The translations under genes were made by a program, and so were the position numbers. From Minisyncoccota bacterium (GTDB taxonomy: Bacteria > Patescibacteriota > Minisyncoccia > Phycocordibacterales > JAGLOS01): a stretch of DNA of 55,864 bases. Positions 23,789 through 33,068 of the stretch are shown piece after piece. The notes under the pieces are model-generated. The model was not told where the DNA came from, made no database searches, and was given only the letters and a program-made list of their open reading frames with translations. Location of the stretch: positions 1-55,864 of the forward strand of contig JAGLOS010000002.1 of assembly GCA_023137615.1 (NCBI GenBank), written 5' to 3'. Within the stretch, counting starts at the first letter, position 1. Every line of letters starts with the position of its first letter.

Positions 23789-24430
23789 ATGAATTTTTTA
23801 AGTAAGTTCGGTGGCAGTAATGATAAACTTGCGGACAACGTTGATGACGAAGGATCTTTGGATCCTTCTGACAAAGAAGCGGAACAGGGTCTTTCGGAGA
23901 TAAATGATGCGATCGTGTATTTGCTTATTGATACTTCTGGGAGTATGAATGGTGTAAATTTGGATGCGGCGAAAGAAGGCGCGAGAAAATTTGCTTTGTC
24001 TGTAACAGAAAAAGGTCATTATGTAGGACTTATTTCTTTTGATTCATATGCGGAATATATTTCAGATCCTGTCAACGATATACCGACGATCAATCGAAAA
24101 ATTTCATTACTTAATACAGGAGGATCAACAAATATGAGCGACGCTTTTAATATGGCGTATACATGTTTTGAAGATATAAAGCCGGACCTTGCCACTGTTG
24201 TCGTGGCAACAGATGGTATGCCTGATTCAAAAGAAGATACCATACGTGCGGCAGATAAACTGAAGGATGTTGGGGTGACCATTATAACGATTGGAACAGA
24301 TGGTGCTGATGAAAATTTTTTGAAAAAAATTGCGTCGGCTAGTGACCTTGTGAGTGTGGTGGATGGAGAAAATTTCGAAGAGGCGATCTCGAAAGCGTCT
24401 GATAACATTATGCTCACTGATGGATCATAA
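23789..24430 (+). CDS. von Willebrand factor type A (vWA) domain protein, cytosolic
   Basis: 213 aa with MIDAS residues DTSGSM (DxSxS), GGSTN (T) and ATDGMPD (D). No signal peptide. Confidence 0.85.
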   Translation: MNFLSKFGGSNDKLADNVDDEGSLDPSDKEAEQGLSEINDAIVYLLIDTSGSMNGVNLDAAKEGARKFALSVTEKGHYVGLISFDSYAEYISDPVNDIPTINRKISLLNTGGSTNMSDAFNMAYTCFEDIKPDLATVVVATDGMPDSKEDTIRAADKLKDVGVTIITIGTDGADENFLKKIASASDLVSVVDGENFEEAISKASDNIMLTDGS

Positions 24431-24588
24431 TATCTCGTTTTTTAGGTTTTTGAAGATAGTCAAAAAAACGTTTTAAATAAAGGATGAATTCGTTGCATGA
24501 ATTTGTTTTTTGGGTATATTGGAGATATACTGATGTGTATTAGATTCGGTCTAAAAAATACGACAATACACTGGCAGACGAATCATAA

Positions 24589-26406
24589 ATGTTGCATTCC
24601 ATGAACGATAATGATTATTACGAAATTCTTCAAGTGCATCCAAAGGCAGATCAGGAAATGATCAAGAAGGCTTACAAGTTACGCGCTTTTAATTGTCACC
24701 CGGATCGTAAAGGAGATGATGCAAAGCTCAAAAAAATTAATGAAGCTTACGGGGTATTGAGTGACCCGAGCAAGCGAGCGGTATACGATGCAACGTATGG
24801 TGGTTCTCCTTCGTCTGTATCTGGCGGATCAAGGAACGCCGCGGCTTCTGCGGGTGCTACTCAAAGATCGTCACAACCTCGATATGGCACTCAAAGAAAG
24901 GATTATACTACGTCGCACTCAACATCATATTCGGGTGGCAGTGCGACCTATAATAATCCTAGCGGCGGTACAACACCTGGAGCTGCTCCATCCTCACCAT
25001 CATCATCCGGTCCCCAAAAGTCGAGTAATTCTTTATTGGCGCTTTGGTATCAGTTCACATACTATACCGGACAACTGCTCTCTTTTTTAGGGCAAGCTGT
25101 TGTCGGGGTTTTTGTATTTTTTATACTTTATGGCATTATTGCACCGATCATTGATCTCGTACTGTGGATATTTGGTAACAGACACTGGCTAACCGAGACG
25201 TTTATCGGACTCTTCTTCTTTTCAGGAATACTTGCCATTTTATTGTTTATTGTAAGCGAAGCAACGGGTAGCCCTAAGTATAGAAAGGTAAGTTACGTGA
25301 TGGGGGCTGTTTCATTGGTGGTGTTTTTGGCAGGAGAAGGAATTCCCGCTGCGTATTCTCATCGATTTGGAGGGGGTGATGTAGCCGATACGTATGAAAT
25401 TCATAAAATTATTCCGGCGGCAGTTACTGAAGGGTCATCGTATGTGAATAATGCATCGTATCTTCAAAATAAACAGAATCTTACATATTCAGAAGTAAAA
25501 GTATTGCAAACCGTCCTTGCAAAGGATAAGAGTATCTATCCGGAAGGATATATCACAGGGACATATGGTGAGCTTACTCATAATGCCCTCATTCGATTCC
25601 AAAAAAAGTATGGCTTGTCCCCTGAAGGATATTATGGTCCGCAAACAGAGGCAAAGATAAAAGAGGTCTTTGGTGTCACAATTGCTGTTGTACGAACAAC
25701 TACAAAAAATACAGCGACTGCACCGACTCCTGTGGCACAAGAATATCTAACACTTCGTTTTGTAAACCAATATGGTATCTCATATGAAACGCATCCTAAT
25801 AGTAGAAGCATGTGGAATTCAAAGACCCATCTTACAGACACTCTGGACGAAACGGTGGTGGGGAAGTTTCGATGGGATCAGAAAAATGGGTATTTTAAAT
25901 TTGACCAAAAAATATCTGAAAAACAATATAATGTTGTTTGGGAAGCCGGTGCGACCGAGTATGAGATCGACCCGAGTGATTACAGATCGGATGCTATTTG
26001 TCGAGGACACGATAGCGGTTCACAACTGATCACTTATAAAAAAAACGCTACATCACCGATCGTTGTCACCATCCCTCAATTAGGTACGGAATATTCACAA
26101 TTATACACAATCATATCGGTCATAAATGAGGTGGGTACTCCTGTGTCATATGTGAAAGGTGGGATATATGATTCAAATAATAATAAAATTGGGAGTGTGT
26201 GGACATTTAGAGGTGAAGAAGCAACTCATTCTTATTCTTGGGGATACAATACACTTCCGGGGGTTTATACACTTGAAATAACGGCACCATCCTATAAGCA
26301 AAAGATACTCTCTGTCACGATACCGGATCTTTCAAAATTAACCAATACACAGATCATTGCGTTACCCAAAATAGACTTAGGAGATATTGTATTGGAAAAA
26401 GAATAA
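24589..26406 (+). CDS. J-domain membrane protein with an extracytoplasmic peptidoglycan-binding domain and a beta-sandwich C-terminus
   Basis: 605 aa. It has an N-terminal DnaJ J-domain with HPD ([10 protein letters not shown]), an S/G/P-rich linker and several TM helices. The PG_binding_1-like motif is [10 protein letters not shown]...[20 protein letters not shown]. The C-terminus looks carboxypeptidase-regulatory-like. Confidence 0.8.
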   Translation: MLHSMNDNDYYEILQVHPKADQEMIKKAYKLRAFNCHPDRKGDDAKLKKINEAYGVLSDPSKRAVYDATYGGSPSSVSGGSRNAAASAGATQRSSQPRYGTQRKDYTTSHSTSYSGGSATYNNPSGGTTPGAAPSSPSSSGPQKSSNSLLALWYQFTYYTGQLLSFLGQAVVGVFVFFILYGIIAPIIDLVLWIFGNRHWLTETFIGLFFFSGILAILLFIVSEATGSPKYRKVSYVMGAVSLVVFLAGEGIPAAYSHRFGGGDVADTYEIHKIIPAAVTEGSSYVNNASYLQNKQNLTYSEVKVLQTVLAKDKSIYPEGYITGTYGELTHNALIRFQKKYGLSPEGYYGPQTEAKIKEVFGVTIAVVRTTTKNTATAPTPVAQEYLTLRFVNQYGISYETHPNSRSMWNSKTHLTDTLDETVVGKFRWDQKNGYFKFDQKISEKQYNVVWEAGATEYEIDPSDYRSDAICRGHDSGSQLITYKKNATSPIVVTIPQLGTEYSQLYTIISVINEVGTPVSYVKGGIYDSNNNKIGSVWTFRGEEATHSYSWGYNTLPGVYTLEITAPSYKQKILSVTIPDLSKLTNTQIIALPKIDLGDIVLEKE

Positions 26407-26417
26407 GGCGCGCCGCC

Positions 26418-26588
26418 CTATTGTCTGTTGAAAAAGAAGCTCGATATGGTTGAGAGAGTTTCTCTGCCATAAGTGCCGATAATGTCACCGAGACTTCTTT
26501 TTTGTCCAGAGAGTAGTGCCCAAAGCACCTGAAAGATGAAAAAGATCCCAAGAAAGAGGATGATCATCATAAGGGTCGTAAGCCGCAT
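26418..26588 (-). CDS. Possible small membrane protein
   Basis: About 56 aa from the internal ATG, with one strong TM helix (LMMIILFLGIFFIFQVLWALL). No SD or terminator is evident, so coding status is uncertain. Confidence 0.3.
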   Translation of the reverse strand: MRLTTLMMIILFLGIFFIFQVLWALLSGQKRSLGDIIGTYGRETLSTISSFFFNRQ

Positions 26589-26701
26589 TGTTTTTCGCCA
26601 GATCTTAAACATAAAGGATGTGGATGTATTTTAATTATGCCATGTCCATTTGAATAAGAAAAGGAATATTATGTAAGAGAGTGGACGGGAACTAAGAGAA
26701 A

Positions 26702-26733
26702 CAAAAACACCCCGCATAAATGCGGGGTGTTTT
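26702..26733 (-). terminator. Rho-independent terminator of the csp gene
   Basis: Stem AAAAACACCCCGCA / TGCGGGGTGTTTTT. Read on the minus strand, a U-run follows. Confidence 0.8.
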
Positions 26734-26747
26734 TGTTGTTGACTTTA

Positions 26748-26948
26748 TTAAGCCAATTTTACATTCACAGCGTTTTGGCCTTTTGGACCATCAACAAGCT
26801 CGAATGTTACTTTGTCGCCCTCTTTCAAGTCGTTGTACTCAACTCCTGAAAGCTCGGTAGCGTGGAAGAACAAGTCCTTCTCAACACCCTCCTGAGCGAT
26901 GAACCCGAACCCACGATCTGTGAGTCGAGCGATAGTTCCTTCTGACAT
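26748..26948 (-). CDS. cspA: Cold-shock protein (CspA family)
   Basis: 66 aa with RNP1 GFGFI and an RNP2-like FFHAT, on the canonical CSD length. Confidence 0.95.
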   Translation of the reverse strand: MSEGTIARLTDRGFGFIAQEGVEKDLFFHATELSGVEYNDLKEGDKVTFELVDGPKGQNAVNVKLA

Positions 26949-27079
26949 AGTGTAAGTAGAAATCTAATATGAATAATGTCAAAGACAGTGATGCTGTTCG
27001 TGTAAACTTCGACTCGAATTTCTACTTACAGCGCTGAATTTGATACTAGCTATGATAACACAAGAATTTTGAAAGTCAA
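26949..27079 (-). promoter_or_regulatory. csp promoter and long structured 5' leader
   Basis: On the minus strand: TTGACT (27074-27079), 16 nt, TATCAT (27052-27057). In the leader, a 12-bp long-range stem pairs 27018-27029 with 26952-26963, directly in front of the start codon. Confidence 0.45.
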
Positions 27080-27193
27080 TGCTTTTTGGATCATTTATCC
27101 GGTTTTGGCTAATTTGAGAATATTTTATGTATAAAGTTTAACATCGTGTGCCTTGTATGTCGTATATCCATTTGTTTAAGATCTCTGAAAAAG

Positions 27194-27222
27194 TTGCAAT
27201 ATCGTAGTATCTGTTGTATTAT
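27194..27222 (+). promoter_or_regulatory. Candidate promoter upstream of typA (TTGCAA, 17 nt, TATTAT)
   Basis: Hexamers at 27194-27199 and 27217-27222. The leader contains the hairpin ATTATCAAGGA-CGG-TCCTTGATAAT (27292-27316). Confidence 0.4.
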
Positions 27223-27336
27223 ATCTTTCAATAAAGCCACTTTGTGCGGGCTTTTTTTGATACAGAGACATAAGACATTTGTGGAATAATAATTATCAAG
27301 GACGGTCCTTGATAATCAGGTAATATAAGGAAAATT

Positions 27337-29142
27337 ATGGAAATTAGAAATATAGCAATTATAGCCCACGTGGATCATGGCAAGACCACTCTGACTGACG
27401 CGATCTTAAAACAGACAGGCGCGGGGAAAGAAGGTGTGTCAATGGATAGTAACGATCTGGAAAAAGAGCGGGGTATTACTATTTATTCCAAGAATACTTC
27501 AGTATTTTACAAGGACACAAAGATAAATATTTTGGATACTCCGGGTCATGCTGATTTTGGTTCTGAGGTGGAGCGAGTATTATGCTCCATTGATTCGGTG
27601 CTTTTGGTGGTAGATGCTGCGGAAGGTCCGATGCCGCAGACAAAGTTTGTGCTTAAGAAATCACTGGAACTTGGTTTGAAACCTATTTTAATATTGAACA
27701 AGATCGACAAGCCCGCGGCGGACGTTGATAAAGCGATCGAAGGCGTGTATGAACTTTTCTTGGACTTGGGGGCGACAGACGAGCAGTTGGATTTTACTAC
27801 TCTTTATGCTATCGGGCGTGATGGAGTTGCAAAACGTAACATGGAAGACAACGCCGTGGATTTGTGTCCGATCCTTGACACTGTTTTGGAGAAAGTTCTT
27901 CCGGCATCGGGGGACAATCTTAAAGAAAAGCCACTCAAAGCGCAGGTGTTCAACTTGGCGTATGATAATTTTCTTGGACGTATGGGGGTTTGTCGTATTT
28001 ATGAAGGGTCTATTAAGAACAAACAAGAGATTATTGTAAAAGACGCGGATGGAAAAGAATTTAAAGGCAAGATCGCAAAACTTTTTACTTTTGAAGGACT
28101 TGATCGTATTGAAACAAAAGAAGCGAGCGCGGGAGATATTGTTATGATATCGGGTATTCCGGAAATTTTTATTGGGCAGACTTTACTCGATAGCGCAGAA
28201 GGCGAAACACTTCCGGCTATTGATGTAGATGAGCCAACCATATCACTCTTTATGTTTGTGAACGATTCGCCGTTTGCGGGACGCATAGGTAAATTTGTGA
28301 CAGGGAGGCAGATTCGCGAGCGTCTCGAAAAAGAACTTGAGGTGAATGTGGGGCTCAAAGTGGACTTTGGCGATGGTGCGCGGATGAAAGTGTACGGCAG
28401 GGGCGAACTTCATTTGGCGGTTTTGTTGGAAAATATGCGACGAGAAGGATTTGAACTCGCGGTGTCGCAACCCGAAGTTATTTTCAAAGAGGTTAATAGT
28501 AAGAAGTGTGAACCGTTTGAAGAGGTGTCGGTGTTGGTACCGGAGAAATTTTCCGGTGCGGTAATAGAAAAGCTTGGAAAAAGGCGGGGTGTAATGACAA
28601 GCATGGGTACGGAGCATGGAGAGGTGCGTATAATGTTTGAAGTGCCGACACGCGGACTTTTGGGATACAGAAATGAATTTATTATTGATACGAAAGGGGA
28701 GGGAATTTTAACCGCGGTGTTCTCACACTTTGGTCCACACGCGGGAGAGATCGTGAAGACGGAGCTTGGTTCAATGGTATCAATGGCGGGCGGAAAAGCG
28801 CTTGGGTTTTCTCTTGCGAATTTACAGGAGCGTGGTGTGTTGTATATCGCGCCGAATGTCGAAGTATATGAAGGCATGGTCATTGGAAACACGAGTAAAG
28901 GCGAAGACATGGAGGTTAATCCTACCAAAGGTAAGCAATTGACCAACATGCGCGCTTCCGGGTCTGACGAAAATATTAAACTGGCACCGCCTTTGGAGTT
29001 ATCACTTGAGAAAGCGCTTGGCTTTATGCGAGAAGACGAATACTTGGAGGTAACTCCTGAGGATATACGATTGCGCAAACAATTCTTGAGCGAAAACGAG
29101 CGCAGTAAGAACAAGCGCACGACCGTGAAAGCGGGGGAATAA
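27337..29142 (+). CDS. typA: Translational GTPase TypA/BipA
   Basis: 601 aa: IRNIAIIAHVDHGKTTL, DTPGHADF, NKID, then EF-G-like domains and the BipA-specific C-terminus. Confidence 0.95.
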   Translation: MEIRNIAIIAHVDHGKTTLTDAILKQTGAGKEGVSMDSNDLEKERGITIYSKNTSVFYKDTKINILDTPGHADFGSEVERVLCSIDSVLLVVDAAEGPMPQTKFVLKKSLELGLKPILILNKIDKPAADVDKAIEGVYELFLDLGATDEQLDFTTLYAIGRDGVAKRNMEDNAVDLCPILDTVLEKVLPASGDNLKEKPLKAQVFNLAYDNFLGRMGVCRIYEGSIKNKQEIIVKDADGKEFKGKIAKLFTFEGLDRIETKEASAGDIVMISGIPEIFIGQTLLDSAEGETLPAIDVDEPTISLFMFVNDSPFAGRIGKFVTGRQIRERLEKELEVNVGLKVDFGDGARMKVYGRGELHLAVLLENMRREGFELAVSQPEVIFKEVNSKKCEPFEEVSVLVPEKFSGAVIEKLGKRRGVMTSMGTEHGEVRIMFEVPTRGLLGYRNEFIIDTKGEGILTAVFSHFGPHAGEIVKTELGSMVSMAGGKALGFSLANLQERGVLYIAPNVEVYEGMVIGNTSKGEDMEVNPTKGKQLTNMRASGSDENIKLAPPLELSLEKALGFMREDEYLEVTPEDIRLRKQFLSENERSKNKRTTVKAGE

Positions 29143-29195
29143 CTCACTTTTACCGGAGTTGTGTCGAGGTAAGAAAAAAATAGTTATATATTTTC

Positions 29196-29367
29196 TTGCA
29201 ATCAATATTGTGGCGTGTATACTGGGAATAATATGAAAATATTAAAAGTATCAATTCTTCGCGGTCGCCGTACTCAACATCAATTGAGGGCGGTTTTTGC
29301 TATTTAATATATTTCAACTTCAAAATTTTGAACAACAAAAAGCGACCTCAAAAAAGAGGTCGTTTTT
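29196..29367 (+). other. Orphan small transcription unit (promoter, 24-codon ORF or sRNA, two hairpins)
   Basis: TTGCAA (29196-29201), 16 nt, TATACT (29218-29223). ATG at 29233 opens MKILKVSILRGRRTQHQLRAVFAI. A weak hairpin with a T-run lies near 29268-29300 and a stronger one at 29337-29367. Confidence 0.35.
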
Positions 29368-29429
29368 AAATTGGGACACAAACAGTTCTTTCCAGTCGTA
29401 AATATCGCAACAACAAAGGAGGTGTTATC

Positions 29430-29909
29430 GTGGATATGATATGGAATTATCTAGCCGAAGATCTCGGTCGAGAGCAAGTTTTGCTCGGAGAGAGGATTAC
29501 CGCGCAAAATCTTTACAGTATGTGGAAAAAAGACCAAGCAGTCGTACATGTTGTGGACAACCGAATAATCGGTTACACAGCGTTGTGGGATACACCACAT
29601 CCGATCTGGCTTGAATTGGGTACAGTGTGGGTGCATGAACACTATCGTGGAAACAAGATAGCTTCCGATCTTTTCTTGGAATGCACGCGCAAACTAAGAG
29701 AAGGTATGAGAATGTTCACGATAACACACAACCCTAAAGTTATGCATCTGGCAAAAAAAGCCGGTTTTTCCGAAGCAAAGGATGAAGAAACATGGTTTTC
29801 TATTCCACGGGAAATAACATGCACACCGTGTGATCGTATACCGATCTCAGGGCAACGTCTTTGTTCTATGCGCACAAAACAAAATAAATGCACATTGTTC
29901 TTTGTTTAA
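29430..29909 (+). CDS. GNAT-family N-acetyltransferase
   Basis: 159 aa. VWVHEHYRGNKIASDLF fits the acetyl-CoA motif A (Q/RxxGxG/A degenerate). GTG start at 29430, or ATG at 29436. Confidence 0.65.
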   Translation: MDMIWNYLAEDLGREQVLLGERITAQNLYSMWKKDQAVVHVVDNRIIGYTALWDTPHPIWLELGTVWVHEHYRGNKIASDLFLECTRKLREGMRMFTITHNPKVMHLAKKAGFSEAKDEETWFSIPREITCTPCDRIPISGQRLCSMRTKQNKCTLFFV

Positions 29910-29922
29910 AAGTTAAAAATTC

Positions 29923-29965
29923 GCGTGCTTGTCTTTCTGTCCCGAAGACAAGCACGCTTTTTTTT
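29923..29965 (+). terminator. Rho-independent terminator
   Basis: 13-bp stem GCGTGCTTGTCTT / AAGACAAGCACGC followed by T8. Confidence 0.85.
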
Positions 29966-30021
29966 ATCAAAATATCTGGATTATTGCAGTTTTATAATGT
30001 ATGAGGTGTAACAAAGTATAA

Positions 30022-30098
30022 GGGATCTCTCCCTTCGTCGAGATGACAAAAGCAACGTTCGTTTTATCATTCCGAAACGCAGCGTCAACGGAGGGAGG
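30022..30098. repeat. Hairpin family B fragments (…CGTCGAGATGACAAAA / GTTTTATCATTCCGAAAC…)
   Basis: It shares the GTCATCTCGACG/CGTCGAGATGAC and TTTTRTCATTYCGAAAC ends with 7836-8034, 42205-42285 and 52494-52584. Confidence 0.55.
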
Positions 30099-30389
30099 AA
30101 TTCCTTAAACTTGGGAAGTACAAACAAAGGGTAAGGAGAGCTCCCTTAAAATTAGCATAATAGCTAGCCGAGAAAAACATCACGGCAGGGGTTGACAAAG
30201 AGTAAAAAAATGGTAGTTTTGGGTACAGAAAGATATAGTCAAATATTAGTGTTTTTGGAATTCTGGATATCACTGATATCTTTTTCTTTAGTCTGCAAGA
30301 GACCTGATTTATTAACAAGCGTACTGCTTGCAATCAGGCCCTCTCTATTGAAGAAGACCTGTTTTTGTACGTTAACATTAAAAAATATT

Positions 30390-30749
30390 ATGAAAAAAAG
30401 TAAAAGTATAAAAGTATACGAAACTGGGATACTTTCTACCGGAAAAAAATGGGAATTAGTTCGTAGTAGAGAAAGCTCAGTCCCAAAAGGAGATCATCTT
30501 GTTGCTCATCCTGTAAATGATGAGAAACTTGATAACAGAAAAAAGAGACCGGTTTTCATTACAGAAGATGAGGAGATGTTGGTTACAGCGTATCGTCTGA
30601 ACCAAAAATATGCAATAAAAAATGATGATTACAGATTCGCAAAAAATGGACCAGAAACAGGAAACCTCTCTACATGGCACGCACATTGTATTTGTCCGAA
30701 CGGAGATGAAATGATCCGGCTTGTGGCACCACCAAAAAAGACAAAGTAA
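30390..30749 (+). CDS. Hypothetical protein (119 aa)
   Basis: I prefer the internal ATG at 30390 (MKKSKSIKVYE...). The upstream 66 codons of ORF 30192-30749 have a poor composition. I recognise no motif. Confidence 0.5.
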   Translation: MKKSKSIKVYETGILSTGKKWELVRSRESSVPKGDHLVAHPVNDEKLDNRKKRPVFITEDEEMLVTAYRLNQKYAIKNDDYRFAKNGPETGNLSTWHAHCICPNGDEMIRLVAPPKKTK

Positions 30750-30847
30750 TTCCCTTCGACAACCTGCTGTAAAAAGTGGGTTGTTTTTTATTAGAAATAT
30801 AGAGAGAAAGATAAGTGCAAAGCGAGGTGTTGCGTTCACCTTTCCGA

Positions 30848-30897
30848 ATAACGGGTATTGAATTCAAGAGCTTGCTCTTGAATTCAATACCCGTTAT
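30848..30897. repeat. 50-bp near-perfect palindrome (24-bp arms)
   Basis: ATAACGGGTATTGAATTCAAGAGC-TT-GCTCTTGAATTCAATACCCGTTAT. It is intergenic, between the 30390 ORF and creD. Confidence 0.85.
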
Positions 30898-30952
30898 AGT
30901 AATGATAACAATATAAAAATTATTTAATTATCAATTAATACTATAAATTTAT

Positions 30953-32383
30953 ATGGGAAATTTGGAAAATTCTAACTTTAATCATTTTGTCCGATATTCT
31001 GTCACGCTTCGAGTTGTTGTCATCGGGATACTTGCTCTTTTGCTTCTGATACCTGTTGGCATGGTACGTTCTGTTATTGCTGAGCGAGATTATACGCGTC
31101 AAAATGCGATTGCGGAGATTAGTCAGAAGTGGGGGGAAGAGCAAACAGTAGCCGGACCGGTGCTTTCTATTCCGTACACGAAATTTTATACAAATGAAAA
31201 AGAGCAGCGTGTTTCGGTAACGGAGTATGCACATTTCTTACCGGATGAGCTTGTTGTCGCTGGAAATGTTGATCCGGAAATACGTTCGCGGGGAATATTT
31301 GATGCTGTTGTTTACCGCTCCGATCTTCAGTTTTCCGGACGTTTTGAGAAGCCGGATATGGATGCTTTGGGCATTGATACTGCTTATGTTAATTGGGAAG
31401 ACGCTTTTGTGTCAGTTGGAATTCCGGACATGCGCGGGATCAAAAATGAAGTTGCTCTGGCGTGGAATGGTGTTGAACATAAATTTAAACCGGGAGTAGA
31501 GACCGATGACGTGCTAAGGGGAGGTTCATCGTTGTTGCGTATACCCTCAATGAAATCATATGATGGTCGTATTTATCATGATCCTTATTATGAAGCCGAG
31601 CTTGCTATGATGGGAGAAAATGAAAGCTCCGGCATAAGTGTTCCTGTATCGATCACGGGCAATGGTACAGAGGGCTATTCATTTGCGTTTGACCTGTCTC
31701 TAAACGGCAGTCAGTCTTTGCAATACGTTCCGCTTGGACGTACTACGAAAATTGAACTTTCGTCTCCTTGGGGTACTCCGAGTTTTGGTGGAGCTTTTCT
31801 TCCTGAAGAGCATGAAGTGACGACAGAGAAGTTCTCCGCGTCTTGGGAGATACTTGATCTCAATAGAAATTATCCTCAATCTTGGATCGGTAACAAATAT
31901 AATGTCTATTCCTCTGCATTTGGGGTCAACCTTCTCATCCCGGTGGATGAATACCAAAAATCAACACGCTCTGCGAAATACGCGCTTCTCATTATAACAC
32001 TGACGTTCATGATGTTTTTCTTTAGCGAGATATTCAACAAAAAACGCGTTCATCCAATACAATATCTTTTGGTTGGACTCGCGCTCACTTTATTTTACTC
32101 GTTGCTTATATCTATTTCGGAAGTGTTTGGTTTTGATCTGGCGTATGGAATATCCGCAGCCGCGACAATCGGATTGATAACTGTGTATTCAAAGGCGATC
32201 TTGCCGACATCACGAATGGTGTATTTTCAGGGACTTATTCTGGCGTTTCTTTATTTATTTGTTTACACGATATTACAACTTGAAGATTACGCTCTCTTGG
32301 CTGGAAGCATAGGACTCTTTGTTATTCTTTCGACAGTAATGTACTTGTCGCGAAAGATAGACTGGTACGCTGTCGGGGAATAG
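30953..32383 (+). CDS. creD: Cell envelope integrity protein CreD
   Basis: 476 aa with an N-terminal TM helix, a large external domain (GPVLSIPY...) and a C-terminal multi-TM block (KYALLIITLTFMMFFFSEIF...HPIQYLLVGLALTLFY) that closely resembles enterobacterial CreD. Confidence 0.85.
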   Translation: MGNLENSNFNHFVRYSVTLRVVVIGILALLLLIPVGMVRSVIAERDYTRQNAIAEISQKWGEEQTVAGPVLSIPYTKFYTNEKEQRVSVTEYAHFLPDELVVAGNVDPEIRSRGIFDAVVYRSDLQFSGRFEKPDMDALGIDTAYVNWEDAFVSVGIPDMRGIKNEVALAWNGVEHKFKPGVETDDVLRGGSSLLRIPSMKSYDGRIYHDPYYEAELAMMGENESSGISVPVSITGNGTEGYSFAFDLSLNGSQSLQYVPLGRTTKIELSSPWGTPSFGGAFLPEEHEVTTEKFSASWEILDLNRNYPQSWIGNKYNVYSSAFGVNLLIPVDEYQKSTRSAKYALLIITLTFMMFFFSEIFNKKRVHPIQYLLVGLALTLFYSLLISISEVFGFDLAYGISAAATIGLITVYSKAILPTSRMVYFQGLILAFLYLFVYTILQLEDYALLAGSIGLFVILSTVMYLSRKIDWYAVGE

Positions 32384-32436
32384 TAAGGAGTAATGAGGGG
32401 CAGGATCCATTTATGCTGATGATTCAGGTAATGAGG

Positions 32437-32775
32437 ATGTGGAAAAATATTATAATTGCACCACATTTAAAATAAAACAAAGGTGTCTGACCCCTTTAAT
32501 CTGACCCCTTTAATCTCGGATGCTGTTCGGCAAAACAGCAAATGTCGCGCCGTCTCGTTTCCTTAAAGCAATTCCCGAAGAACTTATCCAAAGAAAGGAA
32601 ATAAAACGAAAGCCACCGAAAGAGAAATCACCGCAGAATAATCTGTTTTAAGTTTAAGACAAAAAAGTAAGCCCCTATCCGAACGAGATAGATTTTGATA
32701 TAGTGAAAATGTGGGGAAGTGTTGTAATTACACCACAAATTAAATGTGTCTGTAAATGTGTCTGACCCTTATTAC
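32437..32775 (+). repeat. Two direct repeats of about 65 bp, about 270 bp apart, each ending in GTGTCTGACCC
   Basis: 32437-32500 (ATGTGGAAAAATATTATAATTGCACCACATTTAAA...GTGTCTGACCCCTTTAAT) versus 32709-32775 (ATGTGGGGAAGTGTTGTAATTACACCACAAATTAAA...GTGTCTGACCCTTATTAC). An extra CTGACCCCTTTAAT lies at 32501-32514. Confidence 0.7.
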
Positions 32776-32792
32776 TAATTTAGATAAAAAAT

Positions 32793-33044
32793 ATGAACAA
32801 AGAAATCAAAAAAGACAAAATAATAGAACAGCAATCTTTAAGTGGCAAGGATTTTTTAGTGGTTCTTGGAAGTATTATTATAATTGGTGTTCTGTGGGCT
32901 TTATTGGTTTCTTTTATACCAGAAGTTGCTTATGTTGCATTTTTTATTGTTATGTTTTTTAGTTTTATTCTTGGTCCAATTTTTTACTTTCGAAAAAAGT
33001 GGATTAAAGGAGACAGGATAAAACGGAACACTAGTGAGTCCTGA
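32793..33044 (+). CDS. Small two-TM membrane protein, hypothetical
   Basis: 83 aa, AT-rich codons, two hydrophobic helices. The stop codon lies inside the motif GAGTCCTGACCC. Confidence 0.5.
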   Translation: MNKEIKKDKIIEQQSLSGKDFLVVLGSIIIIGVLWALLVSFIPEVAYVAFFIVMFFSFILGPIFYFRKKWIKGDRIKRNTSES

Positions 33045-33068
33045 CCCGATTAACACATTAACTATTAA

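Noticed and set aside
30192-30389. N-terminal 66-codon extension of the ORF 30192-30749.
   Set aside because: The extension overlaps a promoter-like TTGACA and has a hydrophobic, Cys-rich, junk-like composition. The internal ATG at 30390 gives a compact protein. I kept only the short form, at moderate confidence.
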